Shown here piece after piece: positions 39,053-49,651 of a DNA stretch of 64,000 nucleotides; position 1 is the first letter of the stretch; every line of letters begins with the position of its first letter. Position numbers and translations under genes: made by a program. Source of the stretch: Candidatus Eutrophobius brisbanensis (GTDB lineage Bacteria > Pseudomonadota > Gammaproteobacteria > Eutrophobiales > Eutrophobiaceae); the NCBI GenBank assembly GCA_038131795.1, contig JAYPQE010000003.1, positions 424,773 through 488,772 on the forward strand. The letters are read 5' to 3'. A model generated the notes under the pieces. That model did not search any database and was not told where the DNA came from. It worked only from the letters and a program-made list of their open reading frames with translations.

Positions 39053-41047
39053 ATGGGACTGGGCGCGCCATTATTTTTGATTGGCCTCGGCCTGGTTGCC
39101 TTGCCCATATGGTTGCACCGTATGAATACCCTGAACCCTGAGCGCCACCCATTTCCCTCGGCCATGTTACTCGAACAAAGTAAACGTACCCTGATTCGAA
39201 AGAAACTGAGATATCTGTTATTAATGGCATTTAGAATCGGGTTTATTGCCTTACTCATGCTGGCATTTGCCAAACCGTTAATCACCCGTCCACCCGTTAT
39301 TGCCGGTGGTGACGATGCGGTCCTTCATATGATTGTGGTGGATACCTCGTTCTCCATGAATTATGGCAACCGGTTTGATGAAGCCAGGGGAGTGGTTGGA
39401 GATATTATCTCTGAAATCAATGATGGTGATATCGTTCAGCTTATTGCTGCCAGTAACACGGTTGAAATACTCATGGAACCCACTGGCATACACGCAGAGA
39501 CAGGGCCTGTCATCGAACAGTTACGCCCCGGAAACGGGAGGCTGGATATGGGGAATCTAATTGCTGCGTTGGACAGACTGATTGATGAATATGAGATGGC
39601 AACAGAAATGCATTTAATCAGTGATTTTCAGGAAAGTGCATTACCTTCAAAGTTCGCCGATCTGGTGCCCGACTCACTAAAATCCAATCTTCAGGGAGTT
39701 AAACTTTATCAAACTGGTTCAGACGAGGCAGACAATGCGTATATAGATTCCCTCTTGCGCATCGATAACGGAATAGAAGTTGCTGTGCGGTCGGGTCCGA
39801 CCATGTCCGGTGAGGCCACTGTTGAAATCGCTCTAAATGGTGAGGCCATTGCCAGTAAGTCTGTAGAGTTTGCAGAATCTGGTTTAACCTTGTTTGATTT
39901 TTCACTGGACGAGGTCCCTGAGGGTGAAAACCGATTGGTGGCCAGCCTGGTTAATAATGATCAGCTTGAGGAGGATAACGTTCGATATTATATTTTTGAT
40001 AATACACCACCCAGGCCGGTGCTGCTATTAACAGAAAATACGGACGCCCTGTCAGTAAAATACCTCACTGCCGCAGTCGAATCAGCACAGCAGGGTTACC
40101 GCGTTGAACCGGTGAGATTGAATGACCTTGACCCACGAATCATCCAGCGTTACCCATGGATCATTGTCGATGATATGGGCATCATAAATGAGACCCTGGC
40201 ACCTACCATAACTGAATACCTGCAAAATGGTGGATCGGTATTGGCTGCCCTGGGTGACAGGGCGGCATCAAAAGACACGGTCCCTGTAATTGAAATTGAT
40301 ATTACCACTGAGAGATTGGCGTCTGATATCTCCGTGCCGTATACCGTCTCCGCCATTGACCTCAGCCATCCCGCATTGGCTGAAACCAGCGGCTGGCGAG
40401 ATATCAAAGTTAGTCGTTATCTGGGACTGGATGTCGGAAATGAGGCAGATATTCTGGTCGAACTGGAAGATGGCGCCCCCCTGGTGATTGAGAAAAAGGT
40501 CGGCAATGGCGTGGTATTATTGTTTACCTCCAGTCTGGATAATTCACAAAATGATCTCCCCGTCAGGCCGATATTTGTGAATTATATTGCGGAAGCAGGT
40601 AAGTATCTGTCGGGGGACCAACAGTTAAAGCAAAACCAGCTGGCAGGAGAGTATTTACAACTGGTACAGACTGGCTCAGCGGCCGGACAGGTTATTGATC
40701 CCCTGGGTAGAGATTTATTGTCGCTGGCACAAACCCATAGCAGCCAGGACATAAAACTGGACCTCACAGGATTTTATGAGATCTATACCGCCAATACTGA
40801 ATCGTTGGTGGCTGTCAATCAGGATCTTCGTGAATCAGAATCAATTTTAATGTCAAATGAGGCAATCTCCGCATGGCGAGAGGCCCTGGTTGCGCCACAA
40901 AACCGTGAATCCAGCACCGGCCCTATCAATATTGATCAGGATTCAATCGAATTATGGCATATACTGTTAATCTTAATGGGTCTTGTTGTACTGATTGAAT
41001 CGATAATTGGAAATCATTATCTCGGAACCCGTAGAGGTTATACTTAG
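39053..41047 (+). CDS. BatA N-terminal domain plus vWA domain membrane protein
   Basis: N-terminal LPIWLH...FPS..LL...LLL..R......LAFAKP; MIDAS DTSFS and LISDFQ; C-terminal TM ELWH.LL. Confidence 0.85.
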   Translation: MGLGAPLFLIGLGLVALPIWLHRMNTLNPERHPFPSAMLLEQSKRTLIRKKLRYLLLMAFRIGFIALLMLAFAKPLITRPPVIAGGDDAVLHMIVVDTSFSMNYGNRFDEARGVVGDIISEINDGDIVQLIAASNTVEILMEPTGIHAETGPVIEQLRPGNGRLDMGNLIAALDRLIDEYEMATEMHLISDFQESALPSKFADLVPDSLKSNLQGVKLYQTGSDEADNAYIDSLLRIDNGIEVAVRSGPTMSGEATVEIALNGEAIASKSVEFAESGLTLFDFSLDEVPEGENRLVASLVNNDQLEEDNVRYYIFDNTPPRPVLLLTENTDALSVKYLTAAVESAQQGYRVEPVRLNDLDPRIIQRYPWIIVDDMGIINETLAPTITEYLQNGGSVLAALGDRAASKDTVPVIEIDITTERLASDISVPYTVSAIDLSHPALAETSGWRDIKVSRYLGLDVGNEADILVELEDGAPLVIEKKVGNGVVLLFTSSLDNSQNDLPVRPIFVNYIAEAGKYLSGDQQLKQNQLAGEYLQLVQTGSAAGQVIDPLGRDLLSLAQTHSSQDIKLDLTGFYEIYTANTESLVAVNQDLRESESILMSNEAISAWREALVAPQNRESSTGPINIDQDSIELWHILLILMGLVVLIESIIGNHYLGTRRGYT

Positions 41048-44000
41048 ATGACGCCAATCTCTGAAAAACTTGACCAGTTACTCGACCAATACCACAAAAG
41101 GTTAAAGAAAGTTTTCTTGCTAAGAGGCGCAGCGGTACTGGTTGTTGTCTCTCTGCTTATTTCGGTCTCGATAGCGGTCATATCTATTAAGAACGGGTTT
41201 GCCAGCGAAACAATAAACACAGGCAGATTATTGCTGTTGCTGGCAATTGGCACAGTTGTGTTTTTCTTCTTTTTCAAACCATTGGATTTGCTTCGTAAAA
41301 ATCTGCCGGGTTTAATTGAAGCACGATCCAGAGAATTCAAGGGCCGTATTGAAACCTATAACGGGTTAAATGCTAATCATCCTCTAAAAGATTTGCTGGC
41401 CGAAGATACCCTGGCAGTTGCCAATAAAAATACACCTGAACAAATCATTCAAAAGCGTGAATTGACTCTCCCAACCATTATCACTGCTGTTAGTGCATTG
41501 GTATTTTTGTGGGTGATTATCGCAGGTCCGGGGCTGTTAAATTATGGTGTCAGACATCTATGGGGAGGGTGGGCCTTTTCTGATCTGTTGCCACCCCAGA
41601 CCATCAGCATGACACCGGGTGATGAGGCAGTACGCAGGGGGGGGAGTGTCCGTCTGTTGGCACATATGAATGGTTTTGACCCAAGTACTGCCAGCATCCA
41701 GGTAAAAATGGGGGACAGTGACTGGCAGGAAGTGGATATGGTAAAGACCGAATCCGGTTTTGAGTTTACTTTTTTCTCGATTCGCGAGTCTACCGAATAT
41801 TATGTAACTTCATCCAGTATCCGCAGTCCCAACTACCAGATCCAGGTTGTGGATTTGCCCGATATAGATAACCTGAAACTGACCTATCATTTCCCTGACT
41901 GGGCCAAACGGGCTGCGGAAATAAGGGACCCGGGTGGTGACATTCAGGCCATTGCCGGGACGAATATTGATCTTGAGGTGACCACTGATGCGCCATTACC
42001 ATCGGGTGTGCTGGTATTAAATGGTGAATCCAGGGACCTGGATTTACTAGAGCAAACGGCAACAGGTAGGTTTCAAATAACCGATGATGGTCAATATTAC
42101 ATTGCAGCGCGGTTAGGTGGTGAACTGGTCAGGCTGAGTGAAGATTACTTTATCCGGGTGTTGGACGATGGCAAACCCGAGATCCAGATCAACCGTCCCG
42201 GTCGCGACTGGACTGCCAGCAGTATTGAAGAGGTCACTATTGCGGTTGAGGCCTCGGACGACTATGCACTGGAGACCATGGAGCTTAGATATTCAATCAA
42301 TGGTGGAGAGTGGCAATCTATGCCCATGGAGGTTGAAGGTCGGACGGTCGAGGCCGATCACGTATTTTTTCTTGAGGAGATGCAGGCCAGGTCCGGGCGT
42401 GATGCCGATGCCCCACTGGCAGATCTTCAGGCCGGTGACCTGGTGGCCTATTATGCCCGCACATCTGACCGGGACCAGGAATCTTCAACCGATATGTATT
42501 TTATCCAGGTGCAGCCGTTTGATCGGCGCTATACCCAGTCCCAGCAGGGTGGTGCAGCCGGCGGTCAGGGTGGTAATGAACAGCAGGAGATATCACAACG
42601 GCAAAAAGAAATTATAGTCTCCACCTGGAACCTGATACGGGAAAAGACGGAGGCCGGTGGTGAAGTCTCATCCACTACCCAGGACAATGCAGTGCTGCTT
42701 TCAGGTCTACAGTCGACCCTGTCAGAACAGGCAAAGACACTGGCAGAACGTACCCGTGCACGACAGCTCAATGCCGATGAACAGATCAATCAATTTGTGG
42801 AAAACATGGAAATGGCGGCTGAGGCCATGGTGCCGGCATCTGAGTACCTGGAAAAGATTGACCTTGAAAGTGCTATCCAGCCGGAACAGGAGGCATTGCA
42901 GCATCTATTAAGGGCTGAAGCCGTATTTACTGATATGCAGGTGGCCTTCAACCAGGGTGGCCAGGGAGGCGGTGGCGGTGGACGAGCGGGACAGGACCTG
43001 GCAGAAATGTTTGAACTGGAAATGGACTTGAAGAAAAATCAGTATGAAACAGGCGAGTCTGCGTCTCCCAGCACCCAGTCACAACAATCAGATGATGCTA
43101 TGGACCAGTTGGAAGACCTGGCCCGACGACAGGAACAGCTGGCAAACAATTTAAGACAGCAGAATAACCTTACTGAGGCCCAACGCTGGCAGCAGGAAAT
43201 GCTCAGTCGCGAAGCGGAAGAGTTGCAGCAACGGCTTGAACAGATGGAGCGTATGGCCCAGAACAATCAACAGGGACAACAAGGACAACAAGGACAACAG
43301 GGACAGCAGTCATCATCTCAGGGCAGTAGTGGTCAGCCGCAAACGGCAGGGAATGGACAACCTGGGTCTCAGGGTGGACAGGGAGGAAGTCAGTCGGAAA
43401 CTTCTCGCAGGTTAGAAAGTGCCATCAGGGCGATGAATGAGATTTCCGAGGCCATGCAAAACCAGGGAGACAGGGAAGCACTGGATCGCGCAGCTGAGGA
43501 AGCCAGCAGACAATTACAGGGGGCCCGAGATGAGGTGGCCCGTAATCAACAACGGTCCATGCAGTCGTCATTCGATGACATGGCGGCCACAGCCAATGAA
43601 TTGTTTGAAGAACAGATGGTCATGGAACAGGAATTACAACAGGCGGTAAGACGTGCCCTGGCAGAACGTGACAGGACGGGCCAGGTCACCAGTGGTCTGT
43701 CTCCTGATCAAGAGGCGGAACTTGCAGAACAAAAGAAGGCTATGTCCGAACGTTTGCAGGGACTGGAACAGGCCATTCATTCTGCAGTTGAACAATATGA
43801 AGACGCCATGCCTGAAGCAATTGCCGATCTGGAAGAAGCCCGTGATGTTATCGGCCAGTCCCAGCTGCAGGAACGCCTGTATGTGGCTTCTGAATATATC
43901 GCTTATGGAGCAGCACCCTATATTGCCGGTAGTGAAAGTGCCGTTACCCAGGCGTTGAATGATATAACTGAAAAATTACAGGACGCTAATCGGATTGCTA

Positions 44001-44614
44001 ATGGAACTGAACTGGCAGACAGTGATGAGTTGGGTCAGGCCCTGGCGCAGACGCGTTCCCTTAGACGGGAACTGGAACGAATGAATCGAGATGGACAGTC
44101 ATCACAACCCTCTGAGCAATCAGGTGAGCCGTCAAAAACTTCTTCAGAGTCTTCAACGCCGGGTGGAGAAAGCCCAGGCGAGAATATGGCTGGTGGAAAT
44201 GTCTATGGGGGAGGCGTATGGGGTGGTTACGCCAATCGTGACAGGCCTGTGATTAACCGTGAAACGTGGGACCGTTTTGGACAGGAAATTGGAGAGACCG
44301 CCCAGGCAATTCGTGATGTGATACCCGAGCTGCGGGACCAGGATTTAAGTCTGGAAGAAATTAACGAGATCCGTGAGCTGGCCCAGCAATTACAGCAGCA
44401 GCTGTCATTTGCAGGCAATGGCAGGAATGAGGACATCATCGAGCAGGAATACCTGGCGGCGTTAAACCTGCTGGAACAACTGGAACTCAGGCTGGATGCA
44501 GGAATCAAGAGTAAAGATCCTCAAAAAGTCAGATCAGCGGCTGCTGAACCAATTTCAACAGAATACAAAGATGCCATTGCCGAATACTACCGTCGATTGA
44601 GCCGAGAGGAATAA
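41048..44614 (+). CDS. Large membrane-anchored protein with beta-rich domains and long Gln/Gly-rich coiled coil (DUF4175-like)
   Basis: Three N-terminal TMs; beta-rich region (ASDDYAL, AGDLVAYYA); heptad-rich helical region with QG linkers; ends EYKDAIAEYYRRL. Confidence 0.72.
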   Translation: MTPISEKLDQLLDQYHKRLKKVFLLRGAAVLVVVSLLISVSIAVISIKNGFASETINTGRLLLLLAIGTVVFFFFFKPLDLLRKNLPGLIEARSREFKGRIETYNGLNANHPLKDLLAEDTLAVANKNTPEQIIQKRELTLPTIITAVSALVFLWVIIAGPGLLNYGVRHLWGGWAFSDLLPPQTISMTPGDEAVRRGGSVRLLAHMNGFDPSTASIQVKMGDSDWQEVDMVKTESGFEFTFFSIRESTEYYVTSSSIRSPNYQIQVVDLPDIDNLKLTYHFPDWAKRAAEIRDPGGDIQAIAGTNIDLEVTTDAPLPSGVLVLNGESRDLDLLEQTATGRFQITDDGQYYIAARLGGELVRLSEDYFIRVLDDGKPEIQINRPGRDWTASSIEEVTIAVEASDDYALETMELRYSINGGEWQSMPMEVEGRTVEADHVFFLEEMQARSGRDADAPLADLQAGDLVAYYARTSDRDQESSTDMYFIQVQPFDRRYTQSQQGGAAGGQGGNEQQEISQRQKEIIVSTWNLIREKTEAGGEVSSTTQDNAVLLSGLQSTLSEQAKTLAERTRARQLNADEQINQFVENMEMAAEAMVPASEYLEKIDLESAIQPEQEALQHLLRAEAVFTDMQVAFNQGGQGGGGGGRAGQDLAEMFELEMDLKKNQYETGESASPSTQSQQSDDAMDQLEDLARRQEQLANNLRQQNNLTEAQRWQQEMLSREAEELQQRLEQMERMAQNNQQGQQGQQGQQGQQSSSQGSSGQPQTAGNGQPGSQGGQGGSQSETSRRLESAIRAMNEISEAMQNQGDREALDRAAEEASRQLQGARDEVARNQQRSMQSSFDDMAATANELFEEQMVMEQELQQAVRRALAERDRTGQVTSGLSPDQEAELAEQKKAMSERLQGLEQAIHSAVEQYEDAMPEAIADLEEARDVIGQSQLQERLYVASEYIAYGAAPYIAGSESAVTQALNDITEKLQDANRIANGTELADSDELGQALAQTRSLRRELERMNRDGQSSQPSEQSGEPSKTSSESSTPGGESPGENMAGGNVYGGGVWGGYANRDRPVINRETWDRFGQEIGETAQAIRDVIPELRDQDLSLEEINEIRELAQQLQQQLSFAGNGRNEDIIEQEYLAALNLLEQLELRLDAGIKSKDPQKVRSAAAEPISTEYKDAIAEYYRRLSREE
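43268..43303 (+). repeat. Coding 9-bp tandem repeat CAACA(A/G)GGA x4, encoding (QQG)4
   Basis: CAACAGGGA CAACAAGGA CAACAAGGA CAACAGGGA. Confidence 0.8.
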
Positions 44615-44697
44615 CGGCAATAATTGATACCCACCCCTGTTTACAGGTGTTTTTCCAGATAAATCTACCACGTTACCATTGGTAAAAGCAGGAGATA

Positions 44698-44706
44698 TGT
44701 TACTAT
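44698..44706 (+). promoter_or_regulatory. Extended -10 element for ffs
   Basis: TGT-TACTAT about 9 nt upstream of the SRP RNA terminal helix. Confidence 0.45.
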
Positions 44707-44715
44707 TCAGGCTGT

Positions 44716-44815
44716 GGTCCGTGTCGGTCTTCGTGGCGTGAAATTATGAACCCCGTCAGGCCTGGAAGGGAGCAGCGGTAATAATGGATACGGGTGCGGT
44801 GATTCGATGCGGACC
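44716..44815 (+). ncRNA. ffs: Signal recognition particle RNA (4.5S)
   Basis: Domain IV motif GTCAGGCCTGGAAGGGAGCAGC; terminal pairing GGTCCGTGTCGG/TTCGATGCGGACC; lies upstream of dnaX. Confidence 0.9.
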
Positions 44816-44949
44816 CTTAATTATGTATAAGCATGGCCGGTCATCCATACGCGGCGGCAGCCTCTGAGATAATCTGTGCTAAAATACAAGAATAACAAGG
44901 ACACGACAGGCAAGACCTGTCAGTTGTAACACAGGGTGTAAACTAAATA

Positions 44950-46509
44950 ATGACATACCAGGTTCTTGCCAGAAAATGGCGGCCACAATCCTTTGATGAC
45001 ATGGTGGGACAGACCCATGTCCTTGCTGCATTGAAAAATGCGCTTGATTCAGATCGTCTTCATCATGCTTATTTATTTACGGGGACCCGTGGAGTGGGTA
45101 AAACCACTCTGGCGAGAATATTAGCCAAGTGTCTGAATTGCGAACAAGGTGTCAGTTCAAGGCCTTGCGGAACATGCAGTGCCTGCACCTCTATCGATGG
45201 CGGTCGTTTTGTAGACTTGATTGAAGTCGATGCCGCATCACGTGCCAAGGTGGAGGAAACAAGAGACCTGATGGATAACGTTCAGTATTCACCAAGTACC
45301 GGTCGTTATAAAGTCTATCTGATTGACGAAGTGCACATGTTTTCCAATCACAGTTTCAATGCGCTATTAAAGACCCTTGAAGAACCGCCACCCCATGTGA
45401 AATTTTTACTAGCAACCACCGAACCAAAAAAACTTCCTGTTACCATATTATCCAGATGCCTGCAGTTTAACCTGAAGCACCTTACCCGAGATCAGATTGC
45501 GGAACAGTTGAAAACAATCGCTGCAAAGGAAGATATAAGCACTGATGATGAATCATTACGACTACTTGCAGCCGGCGCCAATGGCAGTATGCGTGATGCC
45601 TTGAGTTTACTTGACCAGGCCATCTCCCATGGCAGCGGAGAATTAAAACAGGATATGGTCAGGGACATGTTGGGTACCATAGACATCCAGGATCTAATCT
45701 CCCTGTATGAATCATTATTGGCTAATGATGCTGGTGCATTAATAAATTGTATTAATAAAATGGATGAGCATACGCCTGATTATGATTCGGTATTTGCTGA
45801 GATGCTGTCAGATTTTCATGATATGGCTATCTGCCATGCCATTGGTGCCGGTGCAGATAGCCTGACAGATATCAGGCCTGATATCCGTCAATTGGCAGAA
45901 AGGTTTGATAAAGAAGATGTGCAACTCTATTATCAGATTGCACTCACAGGCAGGCGTGACCTTCCCATGTCACCCGATCCACGAATAGGTTTTGAAATGA
46001 CCATGGTGAGAATGTTGGCATTTCGTCCGGACACAATATCCGGAGGAGGCGCAAAAACCACGGTTAGAAAATCGACTACCGCTGCCACTCCTGAGGTATC
46101 AATGAGTGCGCCTGATAGCGGTGAAATTGCCATTGGTCGAGATTGGAAAAAGTTGATTGATGATATGGCATTGACAGGACTGGTAAATGAGTTAGCTGGT
46201 AATTGCGTATTGAAGGCTCATACCCAGGATCGCATACACCTTGTGCTACTGCCCAGCCAGGAACATCTGTTGAAGACCATACAGCAAGAACGTCTTCAAA
46301 GTGCAATACATGAACGCTTTGGTAAGGATATTAAGTTAATAATTACAGTGGAAGAACCCCAGAGCGAAACGCCAAACCAGGCAAAAAAACGCATGCAGGA
46401 TGAACGTCAACAGCAAGCAGTAGATTCGTTTAATGATGATCCTGATGTTAAAGATATTGTTGATACATTCAACGCTAAAATAGAGCAAACAACAATTAGA
46501 CCGCAATAA
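44950..46509 (+). CDS. dnaX: DNA polymerase III subunit gamma/tau
   Basis: [19 protein letters not shown], zinc-binding Cys cluster, [16 protein letters not shown] and SRC. Confidence 0.97.
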   Translation: MTYQVLARKWRPQSFDDMVGQTHVLAALKNALDSDRLHHAYLFTGTRGVGKTTLARILAKCLNCEQGVSSRPCGTCSACTSIDGGRFVDLIEVDAASRAKVEETRDLMDNVQYSPSTGRYKVYLIDEVHMFSNHSFNALLKTLEEPPPHVKFLLATTEPKKLPVTILSRCLQFNLKHLTRDQIAEQLKTIAAKEDISTDDESLRLLAAGANGSMRDALSLLDQAISHGSGELKQDMVRDMLGTIDIQDLISLYESLLANDAGALINCINKMDEHTPDYDSVFAEMLSDFHDMAICHAIGAGADSLTDIRPDIRQLAERFDKEDVQLYYQIALTGRRDLPMSPDPRIGFEMTMVRMLAFRPDTISGGGAKTTVRKSTTAATPEVSMSAPDSGEIAIGRDWKKLIDDMALTGLVNELAGNCVLKAHTQDRIHLVLLPSQEHLLKTIQQERLQSAIHERFGKDIKLIITVEEPQSETPNQAKKRMQDERQQQAVDSFNDDPDVKDIVDTFNAKIEQTTIRPQ

Positions 46510-46528
46510 TTATTTGTCGAGGATGAGT

Positions 46529-46852
46529 ATGAAAGCAGGGTTAGGTAACATCATGAAACAGGCACAACAGATGCAGGAAAATCTGAAAAAAGTGCAGGAT
46601 GAAATTGCCAGGACAGAAGTGAAGGGTGAATCCGGGGCCGGTATGGTCAAAGTTACCATGACCGGGAAACATGATGTAAAAAAAGTTGAAATTGATCGTA
46701 GCCTGGTATCCGATGACATTGAAATGCTTGAAGACCTGGTGGCTGCTGCTGTTAATGATGCTAACCGCAAGGTAGAGCACATGACCAAGGAAAAAATGTC
46801 TGAAGTGTCTGCCGGCTTGAACTTGCCTCCAGGCATAAATCTGCCATTCTAG
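46529..46852 (+). CDS. ybaB: YbaB/EbfC nucleoid-associated protein
   Basis: [18 protein letters not shown] and [12 protein letters not shown]; start at ATG 46529 after SD GAGGA. Confidence 0.95.
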   Translation: MKAGLGNIMKQAQQMQENLKKVQDEIARTEVKGESGAGMVKVTMTGKHDVKKVEIDRSLVSDDIEMLEDLVAAAVNDANRKVEHMTKEKMSEVSAGLNLPPGINLPF

Positions 46853-46948
46853 AGTCACCTCTATCTTAAGAAAGTTCACATATATTTTGTTCTTGCTACT
46901 CAGAAATATACATATTCAGTAATTTAAAATTATTCATTGTGTAATCAA

Positions 46949-47542
46949 ATGAATGAGCAAACACGATTAGAAAAACTGATAGTTGCCTTATGTTGCCTTC
47001 CTGGAGTGGGGAGAAAATCTGCCCAGCGAATTGCGTATCATCTATTGCAACGTAACAGAGATGGTGGGAGGACGCTGTCAGTAGCATTACAGCATGCCAT
47101 GGATGAAATCGGACATTGCAGTCGTTGTCGTAATTTTACTGAAGCTGATCTTTGCACTATCTGTTCCAATGATAATCGAGATAAGTCCCTGCTGTGTGTG
47201 GTCGAGAGTCCAGCCGATGTCTTTGCTGTAGAGGATGCTGGGTATCGTGGAATATATTTTGTATTAATGGGACATCTTTCTCCCATTGATGGTATAGGTC
47301 CTGAAGACCTGGGACTGGATAAACTGGCGGCCATTATAAGAGAAGGCGTAGTTCAGGAAGTGATCCTGGCCACAAACTCCACAGTGGAAGGTGAAGCTAC
47401 TGCGCATTTTATCAGTGAAATGGTCAGGAAAAATAATATCAAGATATCCCGTATCGCCCACGGTGTCCCGGTCGGTGGAGAACTGGAATATATAGATAGC
47501 GGGACATTGTCACAGGCCTTATCAGGCCGACGAGAAATCTAG
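46949..47542 (+). CDS. recR: Recombination mediator RecR
   Basis: [12 protein letters not shown]4 zinc finger, [19 protein letters not shown] and [11 protein letters not shown]; start moved to ATG 46949. Confidence 0.96.
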   Translation: MNEQTRLEKLIVALCCLPGVGRKSAQRIAYHLLQRNRDGGRTLSVALQHAMDEIGHCSRCRNFTEADLCTICSNDNRDKSLLCVVESPADVFAVEDAGYRGIYFVLMGHLSPIDGIGPEDLGLDKLAAIIREGVVQEVILATNSTVEGEATAHFISEMVRKNNIKISRIAHGVPVGGELEYIDSGTLSQALSGRREI

Positions 47543-47743
47543 AACCAATCTCAATATTGTTATTTTTCATTCAGACTTTGTTCTCGCCTTTCTCAAATGC
47601 GGGGCCGTGAAGCCGCAGACTGACGTGTAAACTCGGCTCTGGCTCCTGCTTCGCTATACCGCCTGCATCCATGCAGGCGTCCGCTTTTCGCAAGGCTCGG
47701 GCCTCGTCTGAATAAAAAATTCCTAATATTGAGACAGGTTCTA
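47540..47743. mobile_element. MITE-like non-autonomous element with a nested 47-bp insertion
   Basis: Terminal IRs TAGAACCAATCTCAATATT / AATATTGAGACAGGTTCTA (17/19), TA at both ends; inner IR 47562-47576 / 47706-47720 (14/15); no ORF. Confidence 0.78.
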
Positions 47744-47778
47744 TAACTTCAAATAATTATTCTTGGTCATCCCCATAT

Positions 47779-49023
47779 TTAGGCCGGTTTTTCTGATAAA
47801 TGCGCTATACGAATAGGTGCCGGTGGATGGGAATCATGGAATGCTGAGTACAGTGGGTCCGGTGTTAACGTATTTGCATTTTCCTTGTAGAGTTTGACCA
47901 GGGCCTGAATCAGGTTGGAAGACTGGGCCTGGGCAGCAGCAAAGTCATCGGCCTCAAATTCATGCAATCTGGAATACCAGGCAAATACTGGCTGCATAAA
48001 AAATGTGAAGACCGGGATCACAAACATAAACAGTATTAATGCCATGTAGGTAGATGGCATATCCACTCCCAGTCCATTATAGAACCAGGGTTTGTCTATC
48101 AGCCAGCCCAGTAGCCAGAATCCGGCAAGAAAACTAATGGCCATCAGTGCAATGCGTTTTTTGATATGGTTGTGTTTGAAATGCCCCAACTCATGGGCCA
48201 ATACCGCTTCTATTTCTTCATGTGTCAGGTCATCCATCAGAGTATCGAAAAATACGATCCGTTTATTGCTGCCCATACCTGTAAAGTAGGCATTACCATG
48301 AGTGGAACGTGTTGACCCATCCATGACAAAGATTCCCTGGCTGGCAAAGCCGTTTCTATCCAGCAGGGATTCGATCCGTGATTTCAGTTCCTGGTTTTCC
48401 AGGGGACGAAATTTATTAAAGATGGGGGCAATGAAGGCAGGGTAAAACCACATCATAAACAGGCTGAAACCCAACCAGGTCATCCACACATATAACCACC
48501 ACAAATCACCGGCATTCATCATTAGCCACAATACCAGTGCCAGCATCGGTGTACCGATTAGCAGGCTGAGTGACAGGGACTTGGCCATATCAGTCATAAA
48601 TATTTTTGGAGTCGTTTTATTAAAACCAAACCTGGCTTCCAGGGTGAATGTGCGGTAAATAGACATGGGGATGTCCAGCAAGGATGAAATCAGCATCACA
48701 CACAGCATCAGGCCAACACCTGTCCACAGGGGAGAAAGGGAAAGATCCTGCCAGAATATATCAAGATAGTTCAGGCCACGGCCAAATGTCCAGGCAAGCA
48801 GGATGACGGCACTGATGATTAATTCCACACATGCTGTTTGCGATTTTGCCTGTGAGTAGTCGGCGGCTTTTTGATGTTCTTCAAGACTTATTTTGTCCTT
48901 AAACTGTTCGGGAACGTTTGGTCTATGTGTGGACACATGGCGTATATGTCGATAAATGAGTAAATACTGTACGATCATCCCGGCTACAAGGAAGCCAAGA
49001 AATAGAAAACTGAATGAATTCAT
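47779..49023 (-). CDS. M48 family metallopeptidase (Ste24-like)
   Basis: FGFNKTT, PIFNKF.PL, NAYFTG, VLAHELGH, EFEAD and SHPP; multiple TMs. Confidence 0.93.
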   Translation of the reverse strand: MNSFSFLFLGFLVAGMIVQYLLIYRHIRHVSTHRPNVPEQFKDKISLEEHQKAADYSQAKSQTACVELIISAVILLAWTFGRGLNYLDIFWQDLSLSPLWTGVGLMLCVMLISSLLDIPMSIYRTFTLEARFGFNKTTPKIFMTDMAKSLSLSLLIGTPMLALVLWLMMNAGDLWWLYVWMTWLGFSLFMMWFYPAFIAPIFNKFRPLENQELKSRIESLLDRNGFASQGIFVMDGSTRSTHGNAYFTGMGSNKRIVFFDTLMDDLTHEEIEAVLAHELGHFKHNHIKKRIALMAISFLAGFWLLGWLIDKPWFYNGLGVDMPSTYMALILFMFVIPVFTFFMQPVFAWYSRLHEFEADDFAAAQAQSSNLIQALVKLYKENANTLTPDPLYSAFHDSHPPAPIRIAHLSEKPA

Positions 49024-49106
49024 ATAATTAATCCTGATATTGCTATTGGTTATCGATTTCGTATGAAATAAGGTTAAAATGTTACAGAAACTAATTGAAA
49101 ATTATA

Positions 49107-49649
49107 ATGAATCAATCACATGACAACCTAATCTGGATAGACCTGGAAATGACAGGTCTTAATCCAGATTCTGATTATATCATCGAAATTGCCACCGTGA
49201 TTACCGATGCCAAACTGGAGATCCTCGCAGAAGGGCCGGTGATTGCCATTCATGTAGAAGATGCCATATTAAGCGGCATGGACGAATGGAATACCAATCA
49301 GCACGGTAAGTCTGGACTGACACAGCGGGTCAAGGCCAGTCAGGTAACCAATCAAGAAGCGGAGCGGCAAACCCTGGCATTTCTAAAGGATTATGTACCT
49401 GCCAACACATCCCCTATGTGTGGTAACAGTATTTGCCAGGATCGCCGTTTTCTACATAGATTTATGCCGGAACTTGAAGTCTATTTTCATTATAGGAACC
49501 TGGATGTCAGCAGTTTCAAGGAACTGGTGAAACGCTGGGCCCCAGATAAACCTCAATTCATAAAAAACTCAAGTCATCTCGCTCTCAATGATATCAAGGA
49601 CTCCATAGAGGAATTGCGTTTTTACCGGGACAATTATTTTAAGCTTTAA
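49107..49649 (+). CDS. orn: Oligoribonuclease
   Basis: [32 protein letters not shown] and H.AL.DI..SI.EL; start moved to ATG 49107. Confidence 0.96.
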   Translation: MNQSHDNLIWIDLEMTGLNPDSDYIIEIATVITDAKLEILAEGPVIAIHVEDAILSGMDEWNTNQHGKSGLTQRVKASQVTNQEAERQTLAFLKDYVPANTSPMCGNSICQDRRFLHRFMPELEVYFHYRNLDVSSFKELVKRWAPDKPQFIKNSSHLALNDIKDSIEELRFYRDNYFKL

Positions 49650-49651
49650 TT

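Noticed and set aside
30851-44815. MoxR operon as a genomic island integrated at ffs
   Set aside because: No integrase, no duplicated ffs end and no compositional break obvious by eye.
44950-46509. Programmed -1 frameshift in dnaX producing gamma
   Set aside because: No A-AAA-AAG heptamer seen. G-AAA-AAG near 46146 is non-canonical, and the A7 runs near 45426 and 46383 are not at the expected position.
46510-46879. Minus-strand ORFs over ybaB, and similar ORFs antisense to ettA, moxR and pirin
   Set aside because: Antisense shadows of well-supported genes.
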